Assembly (NCBI GenBank): GCA_004524535.1
Contig: SDNY01000093.1
Span: forward strand, 1-14,611
Source: Promethearchaeota archaeon
GTDB taxonomy: Archaea; Asgardarchaeota; Lokiarchaeia; Sigyniarchaeales; SOKP01
Reading direction: 5' to 3'
DNA length: 14,611 nucleotides
The translations under genes were made by a program, and so were the position numbers. This document shows positions 6,382 through 14,535 of the stretch, in pieces. How positions within the stretch are numbered: position 1 is the stretch's first letter; each line of letters begins with the position of its first letter. The notes beneath the pieces were generated by a model. It was not told the DNA's origin, made no database searches, and was given only the letters and a program-made list of their open reading frames with translations.

Positions 6382-7299
6382 ATGAAAAAAAAGAGTACAG
6401 CCGTTGTGGGTGCGGGATGGTTCGGAAGGGCTCATATAAGAAACTTTAATGAGCTTTCAAATTTAGTTTGCGTTTGTGATATCGATAAGGCAAAATTGGA
6501 GCAAGTTGCTAAACAATATGATATAAATACTTATACAAATGTGGATGATTTGATAAAAAGTGAAGAAATTGACGCAGTTAGCATTGTAACCCCGCCTAAA
6601 TTTATACCTTCCATATCAAAAAAATTTGCATCGGCTGGAATTGACATTCTAATGGAAAAACCAATGGCATTAAATATCCAAGAGTTAAAAGCTTTCTTGG
6701 ATTATGAGAATAGTATTAAAATTTTACCCGCCTTCATAGAACTTTATAATCCTGTTTTTGAAAAACTTTTAGAGCATTTACCTCAAATTGGTGAAGTATT
6801 TTCAATTACCTCAAGGAGAATTGGATTATATCCCAAAAGAGACTGGCAAATGGGAGTTATATTAGATTTGTCAATACATGATATATATTTACAAGAGAGG
6901 ATCTTAGGCAAAGAAAATTTTGTAGATGCGTTTGGAGTAAAAAAATGCTTTAAAGATGATATACACGCCGATGCTGCGTTTATAGTATTAGATTTTGGAA
7001 ACTCAATTGGACATATAGAATCGAACTGGCTTACTCCTTCAAAATTTAGAAAAATGTATCTTAGTGGGGTTTCAGGTGGAATAATTGTAGATTTTATGAA
7101 TCAAAAAATTAAAATCAATACGGGAATAGATTTACAAGGAGACTGGCCCGTAAATAAAGAAATATCGTATACTCCTTTAAGAGCTGACGAACCTCTTAGA
7201 AGAGAAATTAATAATTTTCTCTACGATAAAGAACCTCTTGTAACACTAGAAGATGGTATAAGAGCTTTGGAAATTGCTTTAAAAATCGTTAATAATTAA
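6382..7299 (+). CDS. Gfo/Idh/MocA family NAD-dependent oxidoreductase (nucleotide-sugar dehydrogenase-like)
   Basis: Rossmann AVVGAGWFG, MEKP motif, GVILDLSIHD, SNWLTP.K.R, EPLRREI..F. Confidence 0.9.
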   Translation: MKKKSTAVVGAGWFGRAHIRNFNELSNLVCVCDIDKAKLEQVAKQYDINTYTNVDDLIKSEEIDAVSIVTPPKFIPSISKKFASAGIDILMEKPMALNIQELKAFLDYENSIKILPAFIELYNPVFEKLLEHLPQIGEVFSITSRRIGLYPKRDWQMGVILDLSIHDIYLQERILGKENFVDAFGVKKCFKDDIHADAAFIVLDFGNSIGHIESNWLTPSKFRKMYLSGVSGGIIVDFMNQKIKINTGIDLQGDWPVNKEISYTPLRADEPLRREINNFLYDKEPLVTLEDGIRALEIALKIVNN

Positions 7300-7321
7300 A
7301 TGACCAGGTGAAAAAAGAATT

Positions 7322-7747
7322 ATGAGTCAAGAAAATAAAGAAAAGGAACAGCACGAATTAGATAAAATTCGAATGAAAAAAATGAAAGAGCTTATGGAAG
7401 CGCAAAAAAGAAAACAAGCTTCTCAAGATATAATATCAAATCTATGGGAAAAAGTTGATTACGTTTTAAAAATTGTATTAATGCCTGAGGCATATAATCA
7501 TTTGATTAATTTAAAAGAGAAAGAACCTCAAATATATCAAAAGATTTTTAATGAGTTAGTAAGTCCCGAAGTGGTACAAAATGTAGATTATTTATTGACA
7601 ATTATTTCAAGACAAGGAGGAGTTCCAAGAAGAATTCCATTAGATGCAATTGTTTATCTAGAACGACAAGCAAAAGGCATAAAAAGTAAAATTCAAGTTA
7701 AGCGAAAAGATGAGTTAATGGATTTAGGTCAATATTTAAGTAAGTAA
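7322..7747 (+). CDS. PDCD5/TFAR19-family protein
   Basis: ELDKIRMKKMKEL N-terminal helix, LKIVLMPEAYNHL (cf. LRxILxPEAxxRL), basic KIQVKRK tail. SD-like AGGTGA at about 7306-7311. Confidence 0.75.
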   Translation: MSQENKEKEQHELDKIRMKKMKELMEAQKRKQASQDIISNLWEKVDYVLKIVLMPEAYNHLINLKEKEPQIYQKIFNELVSPEVVQNVDYLLTIISRQGGVPRRIPLDAIVYLERQAKGIKSKIQVKRKDELMDLGQYLSK

Positions 7748-7894
7748 ATTTAAGTAAGTATTCTTTTTAGACCTTGAAAACAAAATATTCTTAAATAAAG
7801 ATCCCTATAACTTATTTTTAATTCATCTATGTAAACCAAAAATAACATTATAACTTCTGAGATTTATCAATCACCGAAAAAATTGTGTCGATTC

Positions 7895-8896
7895 ATGGCT
7901 TTAAAAAAAGTAAAGAAAAAAGATTTTATTAGTACTCAAGAATGGGATAAAGAGGAATTGGATGAGTTATTAAAGTTAACAAAAGATGTGAAATTAAATC
8001 CAAAAAAGTATAGAAATTCCTTAGATGGAAAATCTATATGCATGTTTTTTTATAATCCCTCAACTCGAACAAGAAATTCGACTCAAGTGGCAGCCTATCA
8101 ATTAGGTATGCAAGCAACTTTTAACAGCATTAAAGATTCTTGGATTGGCTATAAATCTGAGTCTGTAAAAGACACAGCGATAGTTTTATCAAGATATTAC
8201 GACGCAATTGGAATTCGATTATTCCCTAATTCTGTAAATTGGATTTATAAGGAAGGAAATAAAATTCTTCGGGAATTTGCGAAATGGGCTCCTGTTCCTA
8301 TTATTAATTTTGAAGATGATCAATTCCATCCTCTCCAAGCACTTACAGATATCTTTACAATAAAAGAGAAAAAGAAAGAAGTTAAAGGAAAGAAGGTTGT
8401 GATTTCGTGGGCTTATCATCCAAATCCTTTGCCATTAAGTGTTCCAAACTCTATTTTGCTTATAACTACTCGATATGGAATGAATGTGACTTTAGCTCAT
8501 CCAAAAAATTATGAATTAGATGATGAAATCTTAAATATGGCACATCAAAATGCGAATGAATCAGGGGGATCCCTTGAATTTTCTAATGATATAGAGGATT
8601 CTTATAAAGATGCTGATGTCGTCTACATTAAAAGCTGGGGCTCAATAAAGGAATATGGAAATGCGAAAGCAGAAAAGCCTCTAAGAGTACCTTATAGAGA
8701 TAGTTGGAGAATTCAAGAAAAATATTTAGAAAATACTCAGAATGATTCAATTCTAATGCATTGTTTACCCATTAGACGAAATATTGTCGCAGAAGATGCA
8801 GTAATTGATGGAAAGCATTCCATTGTGTATGATCAAGCAGAAAACCGTCTTTATACAGCTAAGTCACTTCTCTATTATTTACTTAAAGAGAAATAA
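7895..8896 (+). CDS. argF: N-acyl-ornithine carbamoyltransferase (AOTCase/SOTCase, ArgF'-type)
   Basis: Carbamoyl-phosphate motif FYNPSTRT, HPLQALTD, the ArgF'-specific WAYHPNPLP..V.NS and HCLPIRRN. The ATG at 7895 is preferred over the TTG at 7883. Confidence 0.85.
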   Translation: MALKKVKKKDFISTQEWDKEELDELLKLTKDVKLNPKKYRNSLDGKSICMFFYNPSTRTRNSTQVAAYQLGMQATFNSIKDSWIGYKSESVKDTAIVLSRYYDAIGIRLFPNSVNWIYKEGNKILREFAKWAPVPIINFEDDQFHPLQALTDIFTIKEKKKEVKGKKVVISWAYHPNPLPLSVPNSILLITTRYGMNVTLAHPKNYELDDEILNMAHQNANESGGSLEFSNDIEDSYKDADVVYIKSWGSIKEYGNAKAEKPLRVPYRDSWRIQEKYLENTQNDSILMHCLPIRRNIVAEDAVIDGKHSIVYDQAENRLYTAKSLLYYLLKEK

Positions 8897-8901
8897 AAGA
8901 A

Positions 8902-9456
8902 TTATTGTTCTCTAGCAGATATGGTGGCTATAACTTCATATTCTCCATTGTCGAATTGTTTTGAGTCAATATTAGCAAATTGAAACGCAAAAGGCCTTGT
9001 GAAGATTTGCTCTACCATAGGAGCGAACGAGCTAACAGCAAATATTAAAACTCTTTTTAGAATTCCCTCAACTTTATCTTGAATATTCAGTTCCTTCATA
9101 ACTTCTTCAACAACAGCAATTTCCTTTTGATTATAATGATACCTATATACACATTTAAAATCAACGGTGGTGGGCGCTTCAGGATCTTCAAGTGATAAAC
9201 CCCCTTTTCTAAAAGGAAAGATTGTTGTTAGATAAAAATAAAATATTTCTTCATAATGATCTTTTAAAAGATTCGCAATCATGAAACGATGTTCATAGTT
9301 TTTCCAATAAGCTTTCATAAGTTCTAAAAGACGAGGATAATTTTTATATTTATTTTCGGCGTCCTTTCTTAAATAGTTAAGTAAGGCGTTTTTAAGTGGT
9401 TTAAATTCGCTCTCCTTTCCTGCCCGTAATAAAAATTTTTTGAATCTAATACTCAT
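8902..9456 (-). CDS. Hypothetical protein
   Basis: 184-aa ATG-initiated ORF with plausible composition that fills the gap convergent to argF'. No motif recognised. Confidence 0.7.
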   Translation of the reverse strand: MSIRFKKFLLRAGKESEFKPLKNALLNYLRKDAENKYKNYPRLLELMKAYWKNYEHRFMIANLLKDHYEEIFYFYLTTIFPFRKGGLSLEDPEAPTTVDFKCVYRYHYNQKEIAVVEEVMKELNIQDKVEGILKRVLIFAVSSFAPMVEQIFTRPFAFQFANIDSKQFDNGEYEVIATISAREQ

Positions 9457-9711
9457 TATTTGCTGTAGACGAATAGTTGTTATTGAATATTTATTTCTTC
9501 TATAATATTTAAATAATTTAATCTTTTGTATTTAATCCTACCATTATTTCACTCATACTTTCAAAAAATAAATAAAAGATTAAAAAAAGAAATAATATTA
9601 GGATATAATTAATAATAATAGAATTTCTTGACAAAAGATACTTAAAAAAATTAGAGGTAATAGGAGATTTTTGATTCTAGCTCGTATACGAGATCAGAAG
9701 ATACATTATTC

Positions 9712-10827
9712 TTGAATGCGCTTACTCCAAATATAACAGAAATGCCTTTTATTTATGAAGCAATAGAACGTTTTTGTGAAGTAAAAACTTCGATTGACCC
9801 GAGTAGTAGATATAATGTGTCTTTTTTTGAAGAGAACGGTCCAAATTATCTTGAAGATTTCACCTTAAATTCCGAACATATTCTACTAACATTAAAGTCA
9901 TTAGAACCCGTTATTATTGGAGGAAATATCGGAGGAGGTATTTTTGTGGGAATTTCGTTTATTATTCAAGCTTTTAAAATTATTGGTGAAAAGGCTTTTC
10001 GCTTAATTGTATTTTCTGATGCATACACACCAAAAATTGCACCAGTATATTTACCTGTTCTTCAAAATTTGATCTCCCAAGTCAAAGACATGCCATTATT
10101 TATTGATATTATTAGAATTAAAATAAAAGATCCTGAAGAAGACGAAAAATTACAGAAATTGGTGAAAAGGTGTAATGGGGAAATTCTTTATGTAGAAAAG
10201 CTTAATGAGTTACCTCAATTATTAGAGACATTAGCATTAAAGAAAAAGATTAAGAGAAGTTCATTGGAGGATGGAAAATATATAATTCCCCAAGATAGCC
10301 ATTTATTTTACATAAACTTGGCAGAAGATTTAGCTGAAGTAAAAAAACACGATACATGTTCTATTTGTTTTGAAAAAGATGCGACAGATCTATTGAAGTG
10401 TAAAAAATGTGGAACTAAAGCTCATAGGACTTGTTGGGCACAATGGGCTCCAGAAACCTCGATAGGAATACCTCACGTCTTTAGGTGTTTTAATTGTTAT
10501 AATTTAATAAGACTTGATAGAGAATATATTGAAAAAGTTAAGTTTACTAAGGCAATGCAACGTGATATTCGAGTAGAACTTTTAGATATTCAAGATTATT
10601 TAAAAAGTCATGAATCACAGGAAGCCCCACAGGTAATTCAAGCAGAAAATGTATTGGGAATCTCTACTGGAGTATCTGATGCTAACCAAATCGAGACCCC
10701 CAAAACTGAAGATATTAAAAAAGAAATAAAGGATGAGGAACTTAAATTTATTTTATGCCCACACTGTTATAAGATGATAACTAATGAGTATAAAATTTGT
10801 CCCGCATGTCATAAGACAATTAAATAA
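9712..10827 (+). CDS. vWA domain (Rpn10/Ssl1/MERIT40-like) + C4HC3 PHD/RINGv finger + C-terminal zinc ribbon protein
   Basis: AIERFCEVKTSIDP...RLIVFSD...FIDIIRI...LQKLVKRCNGEILYV gives a vWA beta/alpha pattern. CSIC-x10-CKKC-x4-HRTC-x15-CFNC is the finger, and CPHC-x10-CPAC is the ribbon. The frame is open back to 9664, so the true start is probably upstream of 9712. Confidence 0.75.
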   Translation: MNALTPNITEMPFIYEAIERFCEVKTSIDPSSRYNVSFFEENGPNYLEDFTLNSEHILLTLKSLEPVIIGGNIGGGIFVGISFIIQAFKIIGEKAFRLIVFSDAYTPKIAPVYLPVLQNLISQVKDMPLFIDIIRIKIKDPEEDEKLQKLVKRCNGEILYVEKLNELPQLLETLALKKKIKRSSLEDGKYIIPQDSHLFYINLAEDLAEVKKHDTCSICFEKDATDLLKCKKCGTKAHRTCWAQWAPETSIGIPHVFRCFNCYNLIRLDREYIEKVKFTKAMQRDIRVELLDIQDYLKSHESQEAPQVIQAENVLGISTGVSDANQIETPKTEDIKKEIKDEELKFILCPHCYKMITNEYKICPACHKTIK

Positions 10828-10859
10828 TAGAAAAAAAATTACTGTTTATAATTATTATA

Positions 10860-12056
10860 ATGGTTGGCAATAAAGTTGGTTTAATCTGGTCTAATGATTA
10901 TCAAAGATATAATTTTGGACAAAGTCATCCGTTACGCCCCCAACGGCTGGAGCTGACTTATAGCTTAATGCAAAAGCTGGGGCTTCTTGATAACCCTCGA
11001 TTAGAAATTATTTCTCCTCGTATGTGTACTAAAGAAGAATTGGAGATGGTCCATTCTCCAAAATATATTGATATAGTTAAAAAACTCAGCGATAATCCAG
11101 AAGATAATTCAATTATTCCTTTCCGATATGGATTAGGGCCTGGGGATAATCCAATTTTTAAGGGTATGTATGAGGCATCTGCTTTGATTTGTGGAGGATC
11201 TCTAATAGCTGCTGATAAGGTTTGGACTGATGATGAATTCAATGTAGCTTTTAATTTTGCTGGAGGACTTCATCATGCTGTTAAAGATAAAGCCTCAGGA
11301 TTCTGTATTTTCAACGATATAGCTGTGGCAATAGCACATCTCAAAAAAGTACAAAAAGATATCCGAATCGCATACTTAGATATTGATTGCCATCATGGAG
11401 ATGGTGTTCAATGGCTATTTTACGATGATCCTGACGTTCTAACTATTTCATACCATGAAACTGGACAATTCTTGTTCCCTGGAACAGGAAATCTTAATGA
11501 ACGAGGCGAAGGAAAAGGAAAAGGATTTTCAATTAATTTTCCTTTATTGCCGGGAACTAATAATAAAATATATTTGAATTTATTCCGAAAAACAGCTCCT
11601 AGAATATTGGAAACTTACCAACCAGATATATTGATATCTCAATTAGGAGTTGATAGCTATTTTGATGATCCATTAACTCAAATGGGGCTTTCAATCCAAG
11701 TATATAGGGATATTGCTCAAACCCTAAAAACAAGCGCAAAAGAATATTGTCAAAATAAATGGCTTGCTTTAGGTGGGGGGGGTTATTTAATTTCAGTTGT
11801 ACCAAGAGCATGGAGCTTATTTCTAGCCAAAATGCTGGATGTGGACTTAAATAATGAATTACCTCAAAGTTGGATTGAAGAGGTGAAAGAAAAAGCTCCT
11901 CATGAAAATAAACCATATTTATTATGGGATAGAGATGATAAAACGAAAGTTGAGATGCTTGCCAATCCCGAAATCGCAAAAAAAATGATCAATTATACAA
12001 AAGAACTTATTAAAATATGTGATGAGGATTTTATCCCAGCTTTAATTGGTTCCTAA
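10860..12056 (+). CDS. acuC: Zn-dependent histone deacetylase family protein (class I HDAC / AcuC-like)
   Basis: FGQSHPLRPQR, GGLHHA, SGFCIFND, YLDIDCHHGDGVQ, FPGTG, GVD...DPL and GGGGY: the full catalytic set. Confidence 0.92.
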   Translation: MVGNKVGLIWSNDYQRYNFGQSHPLRPQRLELTYSLMQKLGLLDNPRLEIISPRMCTKEELEMVHSPKYIDIVKKLSDNPEDNSIIPFRYGLGPGDNPIFKGMYEASALICGGSLIAADKVWTDDEFNVAFNFAGGLHHAVKDKASGFCIFNDIAVAIAHLKKVQKDIRIAYLDIDCHHGDGVQWLFYDDPDVLTISYHETGQFLFPGTGNLNERGEGKGKGFSINFPLLPGTNNKIYLNLFRKTAPRILETYQPDILISQLGVDSYFDDPLTQMGLSIQVYRDIAQTLKTSAKEYCQNKWLALGGGGYLISVVPRAWSLFLAKMLDVDLNNELPQSWIEEVKEKAPHENKPYLLWDRDDKTKVEMLANPEIAKKMINYTKELIKICDEDFIPALIGS

Positions 12057-12102
12057 TACTTAATTTAGGAACTTTGAAGAATTTCAATTTATTTTTTTTT
12101 TT
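12049..12102 (+). terminator. Hairpin plus T-tract at the end of the HDAC gene
   Basis: GTTCCTAA(12049-56)/TTAGGAAC(12065-72) 8-bp inverted repeat, with T11 at 12092-12102. Confidence 0.4.
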
Positions 12103-12155
12103 CATTTCTTAGAATATTTTTAATTTCATAGTCTTCATTATTTCCTAGTTCTTGA

Positions 12156-12251
12156 ATACTATATGATATTTCCATCTTAATAACAATAATCGCTCTATTT
12201 TCAGTTGGAATTATCCTAAATCGACGTAAAATATTACTTCGACTTAAATAA
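12156..12251 (+). pseudogene. Orphan C-terminal membrane-anchor fragment (Loki-CTERM-like)
   Basis: Translates ILYDISILITIIALFSVGIILNRRKILLRLK*, i.e. YD + hydrophobic helix + basic cluster. Preceded by an in-frame TGA, with no canonical start. Confidence 0.4.
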
Positions 12252-12367
12252 CTGAAATATTAAAAAAATAAATTCTTTTTTTTTATTTATTATATTATAC
12301 ATTAAGGAATTATATGATGATTATAGCCCAGCCTTAATTAGATACTAATGCTTTTTAGTTTTTCCTT

Positions 12368-12392
12368 TTTTTCACGTGAAAAAGTTTAAATA
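12368..12392 (+). promoter_or_regulatory. BRE-TATA promoter with overlapping 16-bp palindrome
   Basis: GAAAAAG-TTTAAATA (TATA 12385-12392). The perfect palindrome TTTTTCACGTGAAAAA spans 12368-12383. Confidence 0.55.
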
Positions 12393-12418
12393 TCATCTTA
12401 TGCAATTTATTAATTAAT

Positions 12419-12552
12419 AAAATCGAAGCCATGATGTTAAATATATTCTTATACCTAAAGCCGATGAAAAGGCAATACCTCAACCCTTAACCCTGTTATT
12501 AGATAAATATGTCTCCTCTTTTTTCTACTTTTGAATCATAGGCTGCGATTTT
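12419..12552 (+). ncRNA. Candidate structured small RNA (~135 nt)
   Basis: Terminal stem AAAATCG-a-AGCC-ATGAT / ATCAT-a-GGCT-g-CGATTTT and an internal GCC-gatgaaaa-GGC hairpin. It starts about 27 nt after the TATA box and is followed by a pyrimidine/T tract. Confidence 0.45.
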
Positions 12553-12775
12553 AGTTCTCTTTCTTTTTAATCATTGAAAATTATTGAATTATCTTTAATC
12601 TTATTGATTCCTAATATCTCTAAAATAATAATATTTAATAATTAGGTTGAAATCTCGATTCTGTTGCCTAATAAATTTAAAAAAGGTTGAATTATCTTTC
12701 TTATATTTAGTGAGTTGATATGATCAGCTTTAATAAAAAAAGATCTAATTAATATGTTGAGATATTTATCTTATT

Positions 12776-13900
12776 ATGAGCTTAGAAAGAATAAACCGTA
12801 TTCGTTCTCATGAAAAATTTGTTGAACTTGGACTTGATGGGATTTTAATTACAAAACCAGAAAATGTTTTATATATCCTTGGTTTTAAGGTTGAAAGTGA
12901 CGTTGTAATTTTCATTCCAAGAGAAGATAATAAATCTAACGACGAGAAGATTTTGGTGTTTTTTAATGAATTAGAATATGATCAGGCAAGAAAATTCATT
13001 GAGGAAGATAAAAGTCTGTCTAATATTATAGAGATAACGCAAATTCCAAGAGAACCAAATTTCATATACGAAACAATTAATAAGTTAGAACTCAATTCTG
13101 TAGGATTCGAAGACGATTATATTTCAGTTAAAAGATATAATGAGTGGAATGAAAAATATAAGATTGATAAATTTGTGGGGAGTTCGGAAATAATTAATGG
13201 TGCCAGAAAAATAAAAACTGATAAAGAAATAGAAGCAATTCGAAGAGCTGGGGAGATAGGAGATCTTGGATTTAAGACGATCTTTGATGGCATAGAAGAA
13301 GGTAAGACGGAATATGAATTGGTAGCAGAGGCAGAATATGTTATGCGAAAGGCAGGGTCAGAAGGAATTCCTTTTGACACAATTGTAGCCTCAGGAGAAA
13401 ATTCAGCATATCCTCATGCTAAAACGACTAATAAAAAAGTTCAAGACGGCGATATAATTATAGTAGATATTGGGGCAAGATATGGGGGGTATTGTTCTGA
13501 TATGACAAGAACATTTATTTTTGGAAAAATAAGTAAAGAAAAAGCGAAATTAATAAACTTAGTGAATGATGCTCAACAATATGGGTTAGACAACATAAAG
13601 GCGGGAGTTAAATGCTCTGATATTGACAAAATCGTTCGAGAGTTTTTTATCAATAAAAATAAGGAATGGGGCGCAAGATTTCTTCATAGTCTTGGACATG
13701 GAGTGGGTATAGACATTCATGAAAATCCATATTTATCCCCCCTTTCTCAAGACGTTTTAGAGGAAAATATGGTTGTAACAGTTGAGCCTGGATTATACAT
13801 TCCAGGCTCAGGATTAGGAGGTGCCCGTACCGAAGATCAAATCTTGATTACAAAAAACTCGTTTATTCCTTTTACTCATTCAAAAAAAATATATTATTAG
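12776..13900 (+). CDS. pepQ: Xaa-Pro aminopeptidase/prolidase (M24B)
   Basis: Creatinase-type N-domain; ARKIKTDKEI, FDTIVASG.NSAYPHA, DIGA...GYCSDMTRT, HSLGHGVGIDIHE.P, TVEPGLY, GARTED metal ligands. Confidence 0.92.
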   Translation: MSLERINRIRSHEKFVELGLDGILITKPENVLYILGFKVESDVVIFIPREDNKSNDEKILVFFNELEYDQARKFIEEDKSLSNIIEITQIPREPNFIYETINKLELNSVGFEDDYISVKRYNEWNEKYKIDKFVGSSEIINGARKIKTDKEIEAIRRAGEIGDLGFKTIFDGIEEGKTEYELVAEAEYVMRKAGSEGIPFDTIVASGENSAYPHAKTTNKKVQDGDIIIVDIGARYGGYCSDMTRTFIFGKISKEKAKLINLVNDAQQYGLDNIKAGVKCSDIDKIVREFFINKNKEWGARFLHSLGHGVGIDIHENPYLSPLSQDVLEENMVVTVEPGLYIPGSGLGGARTEDQILITKNSFIPFTHSKKIYY

Positions 13901-13999
13901 TAAACAATTCTTAAATATTTTTGAAAGAAAAAAATTATTTTATATTAGTTAGTTTATTTATTAATAAGTCAGTTTTCGAAAAATTCTTGTGATTTTAAA

Positions 14000-14455
14000 A
14001 TGGCTCAGGAAAGTAAGAAAGTTAAGCTAATAACTGGAATGGAATTAGAATTTCAACAACAAGATCCCCATACACTATTTGAATTAATAATTAGTGAAAT
14101 TTTAATTCCGAAATATAAAGAGAATGCGGATTGGAATTTAACTTTGAATATTATACTAGAAGAGATAAATCGATTAATATCCGAATATAATTTAAACCCA
14201 AAATTAAAATTAGGATTGCTAAATCAAATTGAAGAACATTTGGATAAAGATATTGAAGAATTAACGGGCGTTGCGAAGATTGAGATATTGTTCATAAATA
14301 TGGAAGATTACGTTGCAGATATTAAGAAATTAGTTACAGCCGGATTAGATAAACAATCGTTACGCGATCAAATGGCTCGATTAATTCAACCATTAACGCT
14401 TTTTGAGCTGGGAGAGCTTTTTATTTTTTTAGGCAAGAGAGCTTTTTTGAAATAA
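14000..14455 (+). CDS. Hypothetical helical protein
   Basis: 151-aa ATG-initiated acidic, Leu/Ile-rich ORF. No motif recognised. Confidence 0.7.
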   Translation: MAQESKKVKLITGMELEFQQQDPHTLFELIISEILIPKYKENADWNLTLNIILEEINRLISEYNLNPKLKLGLLNQIEEHLDKDIEELTGVAKIEILFINMEDYVADIKKLVTAGLDKQSLRDQMARLIQPLTLFELGELFIFLGKRAFLK

Positions 14456-14535
14456 TTTAAATTTAATTAAGAATTAAGAAAATTTAATCTAAATATTTTC
14501 TTTTATTAAATTATTATATTTTTTTAAGAGTTTTA

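Noticed and set aside
8219-8419. 66-aa minus-strand ORF
   Set aside because: Antisense shadow of argF'.
10958-11979. Two minus-strand ORFs (94 aa and 126 aa)
   Set aside because: Antisense shadows of the HDAC gene.
12478-12494. CCTCAACCCTTAACCCT resembling a telomerase-template or telomere repeat
   Set aside because: About two imperfect units only, and no reverse transcriptase is present in the window; the resemblance is unsupported.
12419-12552. SECIS element interpretation of the stem
   Set aside because: No in-frame TGA selenoprotein nearby, and the spacing does not fit a SECIS hairpin.
13117-13380. 87-aa minus-strand ORF
   Set aside because: Antisense shadow of the M24 peptidase.
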